From: an uncultured Pseudomonadota bacterium
Lineage (GTDB): Bacteria; Pseudomonadota; Alphaproteobacteria; Rs-D84
Length of the DNA stretch: 64,000 bases
Assembly (NCBI GenBank): GCA_902795435.1
Contig: CADBLE010000006.1
Coordinates: 45,611-109,610, forward strand
Reading direction: 5' to 3'
Each line of letters opens with the position of its first letter. Within the stretch, counting starts at the first letter, position 1. Made by a program: the position numbers and the translations under genes. The notes beneath the pieces were generated by a model. It saw only the letters and a program-made list of their open reading frames with translations, did not search any database and had not been told where the DNA came from. This document shows positions 1-8,712 of this stretch, piece after piece.

Positions 1-67
1 TGTAAATTTGCTTATATTACGCAAAAGGGACACCACAGAGAGACGAAAAACAGGAAAGAAGGAAAAA

Positions 68-709
68 ATGGCAAAATTACATTTCTTTTACGGTGTTATG
101 GGCGCTGCTAAATCTACAGAACTTATTATAAATGCTTATAAATTAAAAAATTCCGGCAAACAATACGAAGTATTAAAACCTGCTGCTGATAACAGAGATT
201 CAGATTCTGAAATTGTATCTCGTATCGGATTAAGAGAACCAGCCAAGGCCCTACAAAATTTACAATCTTATATTCCAAAAGAAGACACTCAATTTATATT
301 GATTGACGAAATCCAATTTTTTTCGGTTCAAGATATAGATATATTAAACCATATCGCAAAAGATTTAGATAAAACTATATTTTGCTATGGTTTGTTGATT
401 GACAGTAATGGTGGTAAATTTTCTGCATCAGATTGGCTTTTCAAGGTATGTAATGAAAAACACCGTCTTGAAGCGGTTTGCGAATTCCAAGATTGCAGAA
501 AATTAGCAACACATCATTTAAGATTCAGCACAAAAACCGGAGATGTTGTCCGTAATGGAAATCAAGTAGAGATTGGCGATTCAAAAGAACAATCTTCGGA
601 CAAAAGTTTTTATAAATCGGTTTGCCCTTGCCATTTTAATATGGCCTATTTTAAGCAACCATCTTTTAATTGGTACAGATATATAAAAGAAGCACAAAGA
701 ACAAAATAA
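68..709 (+). CDS. tdk: Thymidine kinase
   Basis: ORF 8..709. The ATG at 68 gives MAKLHFFYGVMGAAKSTELI (P-loop). Also LIDEIQFF acidic motif and two C-terminal Cys pairs (CEFQDC, CPCH) as in the TK zinc site. The start (68 rather than 8) is chosen from the canonical N-terminus. Confidence 0.9.
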   Translation: MAKLHFFYGVMGAAKSTELIINAYKLKNSGKQYEVLKPAADNRDSDSEIVSRIGLREPAKALQNLQSYIPKEDTQFILIDEIQFFSVQDIDILNHIAKDLDKTIFCYGLLIDSNGGKFSASDWLFKVCNEKHRLEAVCEFQDCRKLATHHLRFSTKTGDVVRNGNQVEIGDSKEQSSDKSFYKSVCPCHFNMAYFKQPSFNWYRYIKEAQRTK

Positions 710-721
710 TTGTATTTTTAC

Positions 722-749
722 TTGCAATTGAAATAAAATAATATAAAAT
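722..749 (+). promoter_or_regulatory. Sigma70-like promoter for tRNA-Arg (TTGCAA, 16 nt, TAAAAT)
   Basis: TTGCAA at 722-727 and TAAAAT at 744-749, about 10 nt upstream of the tRNA 5-prime end. Confidence 0.4.
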
Positions 750-759
750 ATACCTCGTT

Positions 760-836
760 GCGCCCATGGCTCAATTGGATAGAGCATCTGACTACGGATC
801 AGAAGGTTGAGGGTTCGAATCCTTCTGGGCGCGCCA
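760..836 (+). tRNA. tRNA-Arg (anticodon ACG), CCA encoded
   Basis: Hand-folded cloverleaf. Acceptor GCGCCCA/TGGGCGC, D-arm GCTC/GAGC, anticodon stem TCTGA/TCAGA with loop CTACGGA (ACG at 794-796), T-arm GAGGG-TTCGAAT-CCTTC, then G + CCA. Confidence 0.93.
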
Positions 837-844
837 GAAATTCA

Positions 845-867
845 AAACCGGTTTTATACCGGTTTTT
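845..867 (+). terminator. Rho-independent terminator after tRNA-Arg
   Basis: AAACCGG / CCGGTTT 7-bp stem, 7-nt loop, T-run. Confidence 0.7.
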
Positions 868-880
868 AATTTGTGCCCAG

Positions 881-1053
881 ACGGACGAGAATACTCAACA
901 GGGTTCGACAACAAGTAGATTTTGCAAACGAAGTGCAGCGAAATCGTTACGGTTGCCACGCAGGGCTTTGCCCGAGTGACCACAAGTAGATTTTGCAAAC
1001 GAAGTGCCGTGAAATCGTTACGGTTGCACCGCAGGCATTTATGCCGAGGTAAT
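881..1053 (+). repeat. tRNA-associated conserved element: leader motif GGACGAGAA...GTTCGA plus two tandem 71-bp units (913-979 and 984-1050 cores)
   Basis: AAGTAGATTTTGCAAACGAAGTGC... starts at 913 and again at 984. The core of unit 1 is 62/67 identical (by eye) to 55765-55831 downstream of tRNA-Lys. Each unit ends in a small hairpin (GGGC-TTT-GCCC in unit 1, GGCAT-TT-ATGCC in unit 2). Confidence 0.8.
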
Positions 1054-1104
1054 CTTCTGGGCGCGCCAGAAATTCAAAACCGGTTTTATACCGGTTTTTT
1101 AATT
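1054..1104 (+). repeat. Direct duplication of the tRNA-Arg 3-prime end plus terminator (copy of 822-871)
   Basis: CTTCTGGGCGCGCCAGAAATTCAAAACCGGTTTTATACCGGTTTTT(T)AATT occurs at 822-871 and 1054-1104, identical apart from one extra T. The second copy contains a second terminator hairpin (1077-1100). Confidence 0.9.
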
Positions 1105-1137
1105 GTTTATCACGGGGAATGAATGGGCGCGACAGAA

Positions 1138-2061
1138 TTAATACAACATTGGTTGTTGGCGTATCATCTTTATCCATTGTTCCAGAGATTTCTTAGTCAA
1201 AAACATATTTGGCATTACATCGTCCAATGGTTTTCCGCCATGTCTGTAATAATCATCAAGAAAATGTTCTGCACTCGCCGAATAATCTATTACAAATTTG
1301 TCGTCTTGTTTATCTGCATATATGTATTTAGCATTTTCCATAATTGGTGTTTTATTTATGTTGGCAAATTCTGTCATAAGCGAATAAGTATTTTCTATTG
1401 GTTCTGTGATTGGTGGCAATCTGTATCCCAATGAATAATGAAATGGGAAAGAATTTCCTTCGGCTACGATAAAAGAATTCCCAAGTTTGCATTGTAACAT
1501 TCTTTCTATTCTGATTTGATGCAATCTGACCCCGATTCCCGCATAATCTGTATTTTCCAATGATTTCATATATGAATCTATACGTTCTTCTGTCATAAAT
1601 GCCTTAGTATGTTTGTCTATATCAACACTGTGGCTGACAGATTCAAATCGTGGCATAACCATTTTACGTTCTGTATTTATGTAAAAACGAGTCATACCAA
1701 CAATTCTGTATCTTTTTCCCGCATGTTGTAATTCACCGTTTGAATCTTGCAATGCAATGCCGTATTCTTCTTCGTTTGGTTGCATATTTTCTTTCTGTAA
1801 TTTTACAGCATACGCAACAACTGGTTTTCCGGTCTTTTTATCTATCAAAGTAGTCATTTTCATACCAGTTTCATCAACATTTTTTTCAAGTCTAAATTCA
1901 GGCGTCATCAATTTATAAAATGTTTTAGATGTGATACCCTGTTGATTTACCTTTAACAAATCTAATAAAACATCAAATTCAGTATATCGCACAATAAGTT
2001 TAGGACTTCTGAATTTCAAGAAGTTTTGGAATTTACACTTAAAAAATTCTAATTTATTCAT
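1138..2061 (-). CDS. Hypothetical protein (307 aa)
   Basis: Long ORF with no motif I can assign. Ends just before the duplicated terminator. Confidence 0.6.
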   Translation of the reverse strand: MNKLEFFKCKFQNFLKFRSPKLIVRYTEFDVLLDLLKVNQQGITSKTFYKLMTPEFRLEKNVDETGMKMTTLIDKKTGKPVVAYAVKLQKENMQPNEEEYGIALQDSNGELQHAGKRYRIVGMTRFYINTERKMVMPRFESVSHSVDIDKHTKAFMTEERIDSYMKSLENTDYAGIGVRLHQIRIERMLQCKLGNSFIVAEGNSFPFHYSLGYRLPPITEPIENTYSLMTEFANINKTPIMENAKYIYADKQDDKFVIDYSASAEHFLDDYYRHGGKPLDDVMPNMFLTKKSLEQWIKMIRQQPMLY

Positions 2062-2141
2062 ATTTTTCCTACTTATGATAAAAAATATATTACACCAAAA
2101 AATATTTTTGTCAAATTTTGTTTATTCCCCTATTTTTTGTA

Positions 2142-2170
2142 TTGCACAAAATATAAAAATTATGTAAAAT
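2142..2170 (+). promoter_or_regulatory. Sigma70-like promoter (TTGCAC, 17 nt, TAAAAT)
   Basis: TTGCAC at 2142-2147 and TAAAAT at 2165-2170, 26 nt upstream of the ATG at 2196. Confidence 0.4.
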
Positions 2171-2195
2171 ACAAAGTATTAATGGGAATGTAAGT

Positions 2196-3683
2196 ATGAA
2201 GTTTAAATCCTCTATCTTTGCAATTATGACCGTCATACCATGTGTAACATTGTATGTTAATGATGCAAAAGCTACAAATTGTTCTGCTGGTGATTACCAA
2301 TGGGCACTTGCCTGTCACAAATGCTCAAAAGGTTGCTATTGTGAAGGACACGGCGACAATCAATCATGGGGCGCTTTGACGTGTTATCCTGAATCTGGAT
2401 CATATAAACTTGGCGCAAAATCATTCGGTTCTGCTTATGCTCCTCATAAAATTGGCGTATGTCCAAAAGAATTTCCTGAATCAGATGCAGGTACTAACAG
2501 CGAAAGAAATTGTTATAAAGAATACAACGGAAAAAGATTATATAACAGATCGGAAACCTGTAAAGCTGGATGGTATTTTCCGAAAAACTCTAATGGTTGT
2601 GAACCATGTCCAAAAGGGGAAAAAGATTATTGTCCGGGTGGAACCTTTAAACCAAAAACCATCGACGACCAGGGATTATCCCAATGTTCCAGTTCACAAA
2701 AAGCAAATTCAAATCATTCCGGATGCGAAAACAAAGCTATAAATGTAACTTGTAAAGCGGGACAATATTTACAAGCCGGAATGACATATTGCACACCATG
2801 TCGCGACAGATATTATTGTCTTGGCGGATCATTCACTACAGCATCTATTGACCAAGGGTTAAAAAGTTGTACCAACAACAGCAAACCAAATGCAGCAAAG
2901 ACAGCGTGCGTTATCACTTGCAAGGCGGGACAATATTTACCTGGGAAAGCAGCTTCTTGTAGATCTTGCAAAGACAGATATTATTGTCCAGGCGGAACAT
3001 ATTTTGCCAGTCCAAATGTGTTAGCATACAATCGTGACCAGGGTTTATTATCTTGTCCATCTAATAAAGTACCAAACAAGGACAAGACCGCATGTGAATT
3101 TCAAAAAAATGTCCATGATGCAAAACCTGTAGATTCACAACCTGTAGAAAATGGTCCGGAAACATTTAATTGTTCTGTGGGTCAATATTTACCTGCAAAA
3201 GCAAAAAATTGCCAACAATGTAAATCAGGTTATTATTGTACCGGTGGTGATTATGCTTATGCCGATATTGACCAGGGTGCCGCCCAATGTCCTGCTGGAT
3301 TCCATCCAAACGATGTACAAACAGAATGTGAAAAAGATTTACCAAACGAAGTTACATGTGGCGCAGGATTTTATTTGCCATCCAAAACGATGGAATGTAA
3401 AAAATGTACAAATTCTAAACGCTATTGCCCTGGTGGAAAAACTTTCAAGAAAGCGGATTTTGACCAAGGTATCTATAATTGCCCAACAACCAGTGTGGCA
3501 AACGATGATAAAAGCGCTTGCGTTTTGAAATTGTCAAAATCATTCTTGCAATACGGTTCAAATGAAAAAGCATCATTGTCCGAACAATGTTGGGCAAATA
3601 CAGATTCAGCAAAATATAAAATATGCTTGTTTGGAAACCAAGTCGTTTTGCCAGAAGTTGTCATTGACACTGACGCTGAATAA
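2196..3683 (+). CDS. Secreted Cys-rich repeat protein, paralog 1 (ephrin-receptor-like / furin-like six-Cys modules)
   Basis: N-terminal signal peptide (MKFKSSIFAIMTVIPCVTLYVNDAKA). At least 5 modules of the form C-x-[AV]-G-x-Y-[LF]-P-x(3-5)-C-x2-C-x(3-5)-Y-C-x-G-G-x(6-12)-DQG-x3-C-x(8-10)-C. Conserved C-terminal block CVLKLSKSFLQYG...SEQCW...C. Confidence 0.8.
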   Translation: MKFKSSIFAIMTVIPCVTLYVNDAKATNCSAGDYQWALACHKCSKGCYCEGHGDNQSWGALTCYPESGSYKLGAKSFGSAYAPHKIGVCPKEFPESDAGTNSERNCYKEYNGKRLYNRSETCKAGWYFPKNSNGCEPCPKGEKDYCPGGTFKPKTIDDQGLSQCSSSQKANSNHSGCENKAINVTCKAGQYLQAGMTYCTPCRDRYYCLGGSFTTASIDQGLKSCTNNSKPNAAKTACVITCKAGQYLPGKAASCRSCKDRYYCPGGTYFASPNVLAYNRDQGLLSCPSNKVPNKDKTACEFQKNVHDAKPVDSQPVENGPETFNCSVGQYLPAKAKNCQQCKSGYYCTGGDYAYADIDQGAAQCPAGFHPNDVQTECEKDLPNEVTCGAGFYLPSKTMECKKCTNSKRYCPGGKTFKKADFDQGIYNCPTTSVANDDKSACVLKLSKSFLQYGSNEKASLSEQCWANTDSAKYKICLFGNQVVLPEVVIDTDAE

Positions 3684-3704
3684 TATTCGTTCCTGTTTTT
3701 TATC

Positions 3705-3733
3705 TTGTATAAAATTTATATTTTCTGTATAAT
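3705..3733 (+). promoter_or_regulatory. Sigma70-like promoter (TTGTAT, 17 nt, TATAAT)
   Basis: TTGTAT at 3705-3710 and TATAAT at 3728-3733, upstream of the ATG at 3772. Confidence 0.4.
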
Positions 3734-3771
3734 ATGCAATATATATATGGAAGGATTTTTTACTGTAAAAA

Positions 3772-4902
3772 ATGAAGCAAGAAAAATCTGTATTTTTAAC
3801 GGCAACATTGGTGTCTATATTGTCGCTGTATGGTATTGATTCACACGCAGAATCTGTTGTGTGCGGTGTTGGTTATATGTTACCTGCGGGGCATAAATCT
3901 TGCGTTCCATGTGATGATTTCAATCTGAAAAAAGCATCTAAAAACAACCCTGCTACATTATGGTGTCCGGGTGGTAAATTCGTTATTGAACAAAAGCACC
4001 AGGGAATTCAGATTTGCAGTGCGGAAACGTTGGCTGATTCTAAACACAAAAAATGTGAAAAAAAGAAACTTGTTTCATCTCGTTCCGCTAAAAAAACAAA
4101 TTCTTCTGTTAAACCATCTGCAAAAAATTCTGTTGCACGCGCACCCATTGTAAAAACCGATGCGAAAAAGAAAATAAACCCTACAATTAAATCTGCAAAT
4201 TTTGCACAAATAACCTGCAAACCAGGAACTTATTTACCAATGAACGGTAAATCTGCCAATGATTGTAAAAGTTGTTTGGACGGATATTATTGTACCGGTG
4301 GTAAATGGACACCTGACCCAAGTATGAACCAAGGTTTAACAAAATGTGCCGCTGGGTTGGTTCCTGATTCAACAAAAACAAAATGTTATGATCCTAAATC
4401 AAATGAAATAACTTGTAAACCTGGAACTTATTTGCCAATGGACAGTAAATCCTGTGTTTCCTGTTTGGACGGATATTATTGCACCGGTGGTAAATGGACA
4501 CCAAACCCAAGTATAAATCAGGGTTTAATAAAATGCGCTGCGGGTTTGATTTCTAATTCTGATAAAACATTGTGTAAGACACCTGATGCTATGGATTGCA
4601 AGGCTGGCGAATATATACCTGCTAATTCAACAAAATGCGCAAAATGTACGGGTGATAACAAATATTGTCCGGGTGTGGCTGGTAAAAAATCCGATGTTGA
4701 CCAAGGTATTTATTTATGCCCTGACCCAAGCAAAACTAACGCTGAAAAGACCGCGTGTGTTTTGAAATTGGATAAAAACATGATGCAATACGGTCCAGGC
4801 GGACAAACAGTTGCTATATCTGAACAATGTTGGAAAAACATAAGTGCAGAAGAATATATAAAATGTATGTTCGGTGGCAAGGTTAAATTGCCTCAAAAAT
4901 AG
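3772..4902 (+). CDS. Secreted Cys-rich repeat protein, paralog 2
   Basis: Signal peptide, then a K/S-rich linker, then the same six-Cys modules (CKPGTYLPM...CLDGYYCTGGKW...NQGL.KC). Same C-terminal block (CVLKLDKNMMQYGP...SEQCW). Confidence 0.8.
   Translation: MKQEKSVFLTATLVSILSLYGIDSHAESVVCGVGYMLPAGHKSCVPCDDFNLKKASKNNPATLWCPGGKFVIEQKHQGIQICSAETLADSKHKKCEKKKLVSSRSAKKTNSSVKPSAKNSVARAPIVKTDAKKKINPTIKSANFAQITCKPGTYLPMNGKSANDCKSCLDGYYCTGGKWTPDPSMNQGLTKCAAGLVPDSTKTKCYDPKSNEITCKPGTYLPMDSKSCVSCLDGYYCTGGKWTPNPSINQGLIKCAAGLISNSDKTLCKTPDAMDCKAGEYIPANSTKCAKCTGDNKYCPGVAGKKSDVDQGIYLCPDPSKTNAEKTACVLKLDKNMMQYGPGGQTVAISEQCWKNISAEEYIKCMFGGKVKLPQK
4210..4575 (+). repeat. Intragenic tandem duplication of one Cys-rich module (units 4210-4407 and 4408-4575)
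   Basis: ITCKPGTYLPMNGKSANDCKSCLDGYYCTGGKWTPDPSMNQGLTKCAAGL versus ITCKPGTYLPMDSKSCVSCLDGYYCTGGKWTPNPSINQGLIKCAAGL. The nucleotide sequences are also visibly similar. Confidence 0.85.
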
Positions 4903-4916
4903 GTCTTTAAAAGCGG

Positions 4917-6212
4917 ATGAGAGAAAGTATGATTTTTAATAAGATTCTTCTTTTATCATTATCTGTTTATGCCTTTATCGGTATTGAATCCGTGATGGCT
5001 GCTTGTTACAGTTCTGCCGCGGGTGAATATTGTTTAACAAATAAAAGATATACCTGCCCTGCGGGATGTTATTGCGGTTCTGCATCAGAACCAGATGGTG
5101 CATTAGACAAGAAAGGAAACAAACAAAAAGACATTTATCAAGATGAAGTTGCGGCGTGGTGTAAAAACGGTTCATCTTGTCCTTGGTCTGCGGGTGGCGG
5201 ACAATGTGGAACATCTGATAAAGCAAAGGTTTTTAGATGTCCTGCGAATTTCAGTTTTTCTGACAATGGGGCAAAAACAATAGAAAATTGTTATACACAT
5301 CATGATGGCGATTATAAAAAACCAAAACTGTATTATAAAAAAATCACATGTTCTGCAGGTCAATATTTGCCAAAAAATTCAGATTCTTGCACATCATGTA
5401 AAGATGATACGGGCGCATATTGTCCAGGTGTAAAAAATGTAGTACCTTCTACCTCTATTGACCAGGGATTAAACATTTGCCCAGACAAGCAAAAACCTAA
5501 TTCTGAAAGAACCGCTTGTGAAGACACTTCTATTCATTGTGACGCGGGTCAATATTTACCTGCAAATTCCACTTCGTGTGTCGCATGCAAAGATAAATCT
5601 TATGCATGTACAGGTGGTAAATTTTATCAAGAATCTTTTGACCAAGGCATAACCACTTGTGGCGATGGATATGCACAGAATGATGATAAAACACAATGTA
5701 TATATGTGGCAGATACAGATTATAATTGTGAAGTTGGTTATTATTTACCAGCACACGGAACAAAATGTGAAAGATGTGCTTCCAGTAAAAAATATTGTCC
5801 AGGCGGAACGTTTCACTATTATGATTTAGACCAAGGTATATATACATGCCCGTACACCAGTGTGGCGAATTCAGACCGTTCTGCATGTGTTTTGCGTTTA
5901 AGTCAAGATTCTATGAAATATGGTCCAAATGGTGCAAATACCCCATTATCTGAACAATGTTGGAACAAAAAAACAAGAGAAGATTACACAAGATGTATAT
6001 ATTCTGAAAAAGATACGAAACTAATCCAACCTTTATTAAAAAAGCCATTGGCTAATGTTGGTATTCTTGACAATATAATCGACATAAAAAACACTAATCG
6101 TTCTTTGCCAATGGCAACCCCAGAAGACAAAGCATCAAAATTCCGCAATGCCCCTGTTGTCATTGAAAAAAATTCTGTTGTCCAGGCGCTGGTAGATTCT
6201 GTAACGAAATAA
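4917..6212 (+). CDS. Secreted Cys-rich repeat protein, paralog 3
   Basis: Signal peptide (alternative start at 4929, MIFNKILLL...). Has the six-Cys modules (CSAGQYLPKNSDSCTSC..., CDAGQYLPANSTSCVAC...) and the shared block CVLRLSQDSMKYGP...SEQCW, followed by a unique tail of about 70 aa. Confidence 0.8.
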   Translation: MRESMIFNKILLLSLSVYAFIGIESVMAACYSSAAGEYCLTNKRYTCPAGCYCGSASEPDGALDKKGNKQKDIYQDEVAAWCKNGSSCPWSAGGGQCGTSDKAKVFRCPANFSFSDNGAKTIENCYTHHDGDYKKPKLYYKKITCSAGQYLPKNSDSCTSCKDDTGAYCPGVKNVVPSTSIDQGLNICPDKQKPNSERTACEDTSIHCDAGQYLPANSTSCVACKDKSYACTGGKFYQESFDQGITTCGDGYAQNDDKTQCIYVADTDYNCEVGYYLPAHGTKCERCASSKKYCPGGTFHYYDLDQGIYTCPYTSVANSDRSACVLRLSQDSMKYGPNGANTPLSEQCWNKKTREDYTRCIYSEKDTKLIQPLLKKPLANVGILDNIIDIKNTNRSLPMATPEDKASKFRNAPVVIEKNSVVQALVDSVTK

Positions 6213-6222
6213 TTATTTCTAT

Positions 6223-6252
6223 TTGACTATATCTTATGTGCTTTTGTATAAT
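6223..6252 (+). promoter_or_regulatory. Sigma70-like promoter (TTGACT, 18 nt, TATAAT) for the 6270-11031 operon
   Basis: TTGACT at 6223-6228 and TATAAT at 6247-6252, in the 57-bp gap after paralog 3. Confidence 0.5.
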
Positions 6253-6269
6253 ATCAACCAACTGAACAG

Positions 6270-7253
6270 GTGTTTGATATGTTTTTTATTCCGAAATTTC
6301 TGAAACCTAAAAAAAATCTTGTAAATTTATTACGCGTGTTGGCTGGTGTAAATAAAAAACCAAATATACAAAAATTGATTAAATCTGTTGATGTTTATAA
6401 CGAACCTTTGCAAAAGGTATTCTTGCTGGCGTCGGTGGTATCTAAATTCGACAAATCTTTGTTATCAAAGCAACTGGCCGGGGTTTTAAGCCATGAAAAA
6501 TTTGGGAATGCTATGAATATGGCTGCTTTCCAAAAAATCTGTAAATTATATAACAACAATGGCATTGTACCACTTGCTCAAAAGGGATTGGTGCAAAAAT
6601 TATTATATCCACAGAGCACCCGCCCTATGAATGATGCAGATTTCGCGGTTCCTAAAAATGTTTACCGTAATGCGATAAATTTGGCCACCACAGACGGTTT
6701 TCATATCAACCATGATATGTTATTCAGTGCTGATTTACAATTACGTGACCAGGGCTGTGTTGATGTCCATTACGCTTTATTCAAAGGGGCAAATCCACGC
6801 ATGGACGATGAAATATTTAATCGCGCATCACATTTAAACACAATGGGGTGTGATGTTTTGATTCCGTCCCCAGAAGACATCATTGTTATAATTATGTGCG
6901 AATTTTATGGGAACTTTTTGTTTGAAGCGGGTTCCGCAGATACAGATACAAATAAAATATTTGATTCGCACCCACAATGGGTATTGGATACATATAAAAT
7001 AATTCACGATTATCCTGAATTAAATTGGGGCAAAATTATGAAGACCGCTAAAATGTCTGGATATGATTATCAAATCAGAATTTTAACCAAATTATTAAAC
7101 AAAATTATTCCAAATATTATTCCACACCACGCACAAAAAGTTATGGAATACATGTGTCCAGACCGCGTTGTAAAACATTATCTGAAACGCGATAAAAAGT
7201 TGGTATATATGCATCAGCAAAGTTATAAATACTATCAAATGGAAAACCTGTAA
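6270..7253 (+). CDS. Uncharacterised nucleotidyltransferase-family protein (PF14907-like)
   Basis: GTG start (alternative ATG at 6279). KGLVQKLLYPQSTRPMNDADFAVP resembles the lKG..lY...R...D.D.lV signature of the family that co-occurs with HprK-like and PqqD genes. The stop overlaps the next start (TAATG). Confidence 0.55.
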   Translation: MFDMFFIPKFLKPKKNLVNLLRVLAGVNKKPNIQKLIKSVDVYNEPLQKVFLLASVVSKFDKSLLSKQLAGVLSHEKFGNAMNMAAFQKICKLYNNNGIVPLAQKGLVQKLLYPQSTRPMNDADFAVPKNVYRNAINLATTDGFHINHDMLFSADLQLRDQGCVDVHYALFKGANPRMDDEIFNRASHLNTMGCDVLIPSPEDIIVIIMCEFYGNFLFEAGSADTDTNKIFDSHPQWVLDTYKIIHDYPELNWGKIMKTAKMSGYDYQIRILTKLLNKIIPNIIPHHAQKVMEYMCPDRVVKHYLKRDKKLVYMHQQSYKYYQMENL

Positions 7254-8290
7254 TGCCTACCAATTACATAAAAAATCTTGGTCAAAAAAATTTTGATGAA
7301 ATTTGTAACAAATTTCAAAATGTAATTATGCAAAACAAACCTGTTTGGCGTGGCACAGTATATATCGGCGAAAAACCTTTGTATATTGAATGTAATGTAA
7401 AATGGTTGGCTGAAAAAATTCCTTTGTATTTCGTAAAGGCAATAGAAAACACAAAAATCAACGGATGTAAAGAATTATACATATTGAACCATGGCGTTCA
7501 TAAATTCGTTCCATCTCCCGATTGTTGCACCACAGATTTAGCATTTGTTGGTTCAAATATTTATAAACACCCAGATATAATTATTCATAATAATTGTGTG
7601 TTTGTCAGAAAAAATCCTGTATTTTATCTGTCTATTACCGAAGAATACGGAACTAATTTTTACCATCTGGGCGAAAACCATTTATTGATGCGATTATTAA
7701 ATTACATATTTGATGATGATTCTAATATTGTGTTGCATGGTGCGGCGGTTGGAAATGAAGATTACGGTGTTTTAATTACGGGCTTAAGTGGTTCTGGAAA
7801 ATCTACATTGTCCGCATATTGTTTGGCAAATGGTATGAAATTTGTTGGTGATGACAGAATTGCTCTGCACCGTGAAAACAATACTGTTTTTGCCAACCCG
7901 ATATACACAACATTATCTTTAAACGAAACAATAGACGGTGTAAAAACAACTTTTTCATCGCGTCCAAACGGTTGCAATAAAGATGTTTATGTCGTTGATA
8001 AATCCCAAATTTCAAACCATATTCCAATTAAAGCAATTATTGAACCAATTAAATCTGGGAAAGACAAACCAATTATAGAAAGATGTAATCTATCCCCTAT
8101 TTTAACACGCATTTGTATGGATTATTCGTATTTCAGTTTATTATCCAGAAACACAAATCCTATGAATGATTACAAGAAAATTTCAAACTTGCTTACCGGG
8201 GTAGAATCATTTAACATAGAATTATCAACAGACATAAACGAAAATGCAAAAGCAATTTGTAATTTAATTTCAACCAAAGGGGTTATTTAA
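7253..8290 (+). CDS. HPr kinase/phosphorylase C-terminal-like serine kinase
   Basis: LHGAAVGNEDYGVLITGLSGSGKSTLSAYCLANGMKFVGDDRIAL matches the P-loop plus DD motif pattern of HprK-related kinases. Confidence 0.7.
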   Translation: MPTNYIKNLGQKNFDEICNKFQNVIMQNKPVWRGTVYIGEKPLYIECNVKWLAEKIPLYFVKAIENTKINGCKELYILNHGVHKFVPSPDCCTTDLAFVGSNIYKHPDIIIHNNCVFVRKNPVFYLSITEEYGTNFYHLGENHLLMRLLNYIFDDDSNIVLHGAAVGNEDYGVLITGLSGSGKSTLSAYCLANGMKFVGDDRIALHRENNTVFANPIYTTLSLNETIDGVKTTFSSRPNGCNKDVYVVDKSQISNHIPIKAIIEPIKSGKDKPIIERCNLSPILTRICMDYSYFSLLSRNTNPMNDYKKISNLLTGVESFNIELSTDINENAKAICNLISTKGVI

Positions 8291-8712
8291 TGTATAAAAA
8301 GAATCCAGATTTTTTCTCTGATATAACTGGCTCTCAGGTTATTTTTATAGACATGGAACAAGGTGTTTTTTATTTGCTACCTCTGTTTGCGAGTTTGGTG
8401 TTGAAATTTTTAATCAAAGGTTTTGATTTATCACAAATCAAAGAAACTTTTTCTAAAATCCCTGAAATACCAAGCGATTATGAATCACGTATAGATTCTG
8501 TATTGGAAAATTTGTTGAAATTCAATTTAATCGTTGAATCTGACACACCAGATACAATAGAAGATGTTGTATTAAACGATTTAACATATCAAGATTTACA
8601 AGAAGAAGATTTTGCTTTTGTTATTACACCATCAACAGATGTCCAAAAATTATTATTGGACGACCCTATTCATGATGTATCTTTGGACGGTTGGACACCA
8701 ATTGAAAAATGA
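8290..8712 (+). CDS. PqqD-family (RiPP recognition element-like) protein
   Basis: 140 aa. The pattern GVFYLLPLFASLVLKFLIKGFDLSQIKETF...VLENLLKFNLIV fits PqqD. Its start overlaps the upstream stop (TAATG). Confidence 0.55.
   Translation: MYKKNPDFFSDITGSQVIFIDMEQGVFYLLPLFASLVLKFLIKGFDLSQIKETFSKIPEIPSDYESRIDSVLENLLKFNLIVESDTPDTIEDVVLNDLTYQDLQEEDFAFVITPSTDVQKLLLDDPIHDVSLDGWTPIEK

Noticed and set aside
911-1052. Possible CRISPR array (repeated AAGTAGATTTTGCAAACG... units)
   Set aside because: There are only two directly abutting 71-bp units with no unique spacers, and no cas genes are in the window. The third copy is 55 kb away next to another tRNA. This is a tRNA-linked repeat, not a CRISPR array.
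758-1177. Track ORFs 758..979, 792..998, 922..1122 and 947..1177 (66-76 aa)
   Set aside because: They overlap tRNA-Arg, its terminator and the tandem repeat element on both strands. They have no SD and their reading frames are a by-product of the repeat. Not called as genes.
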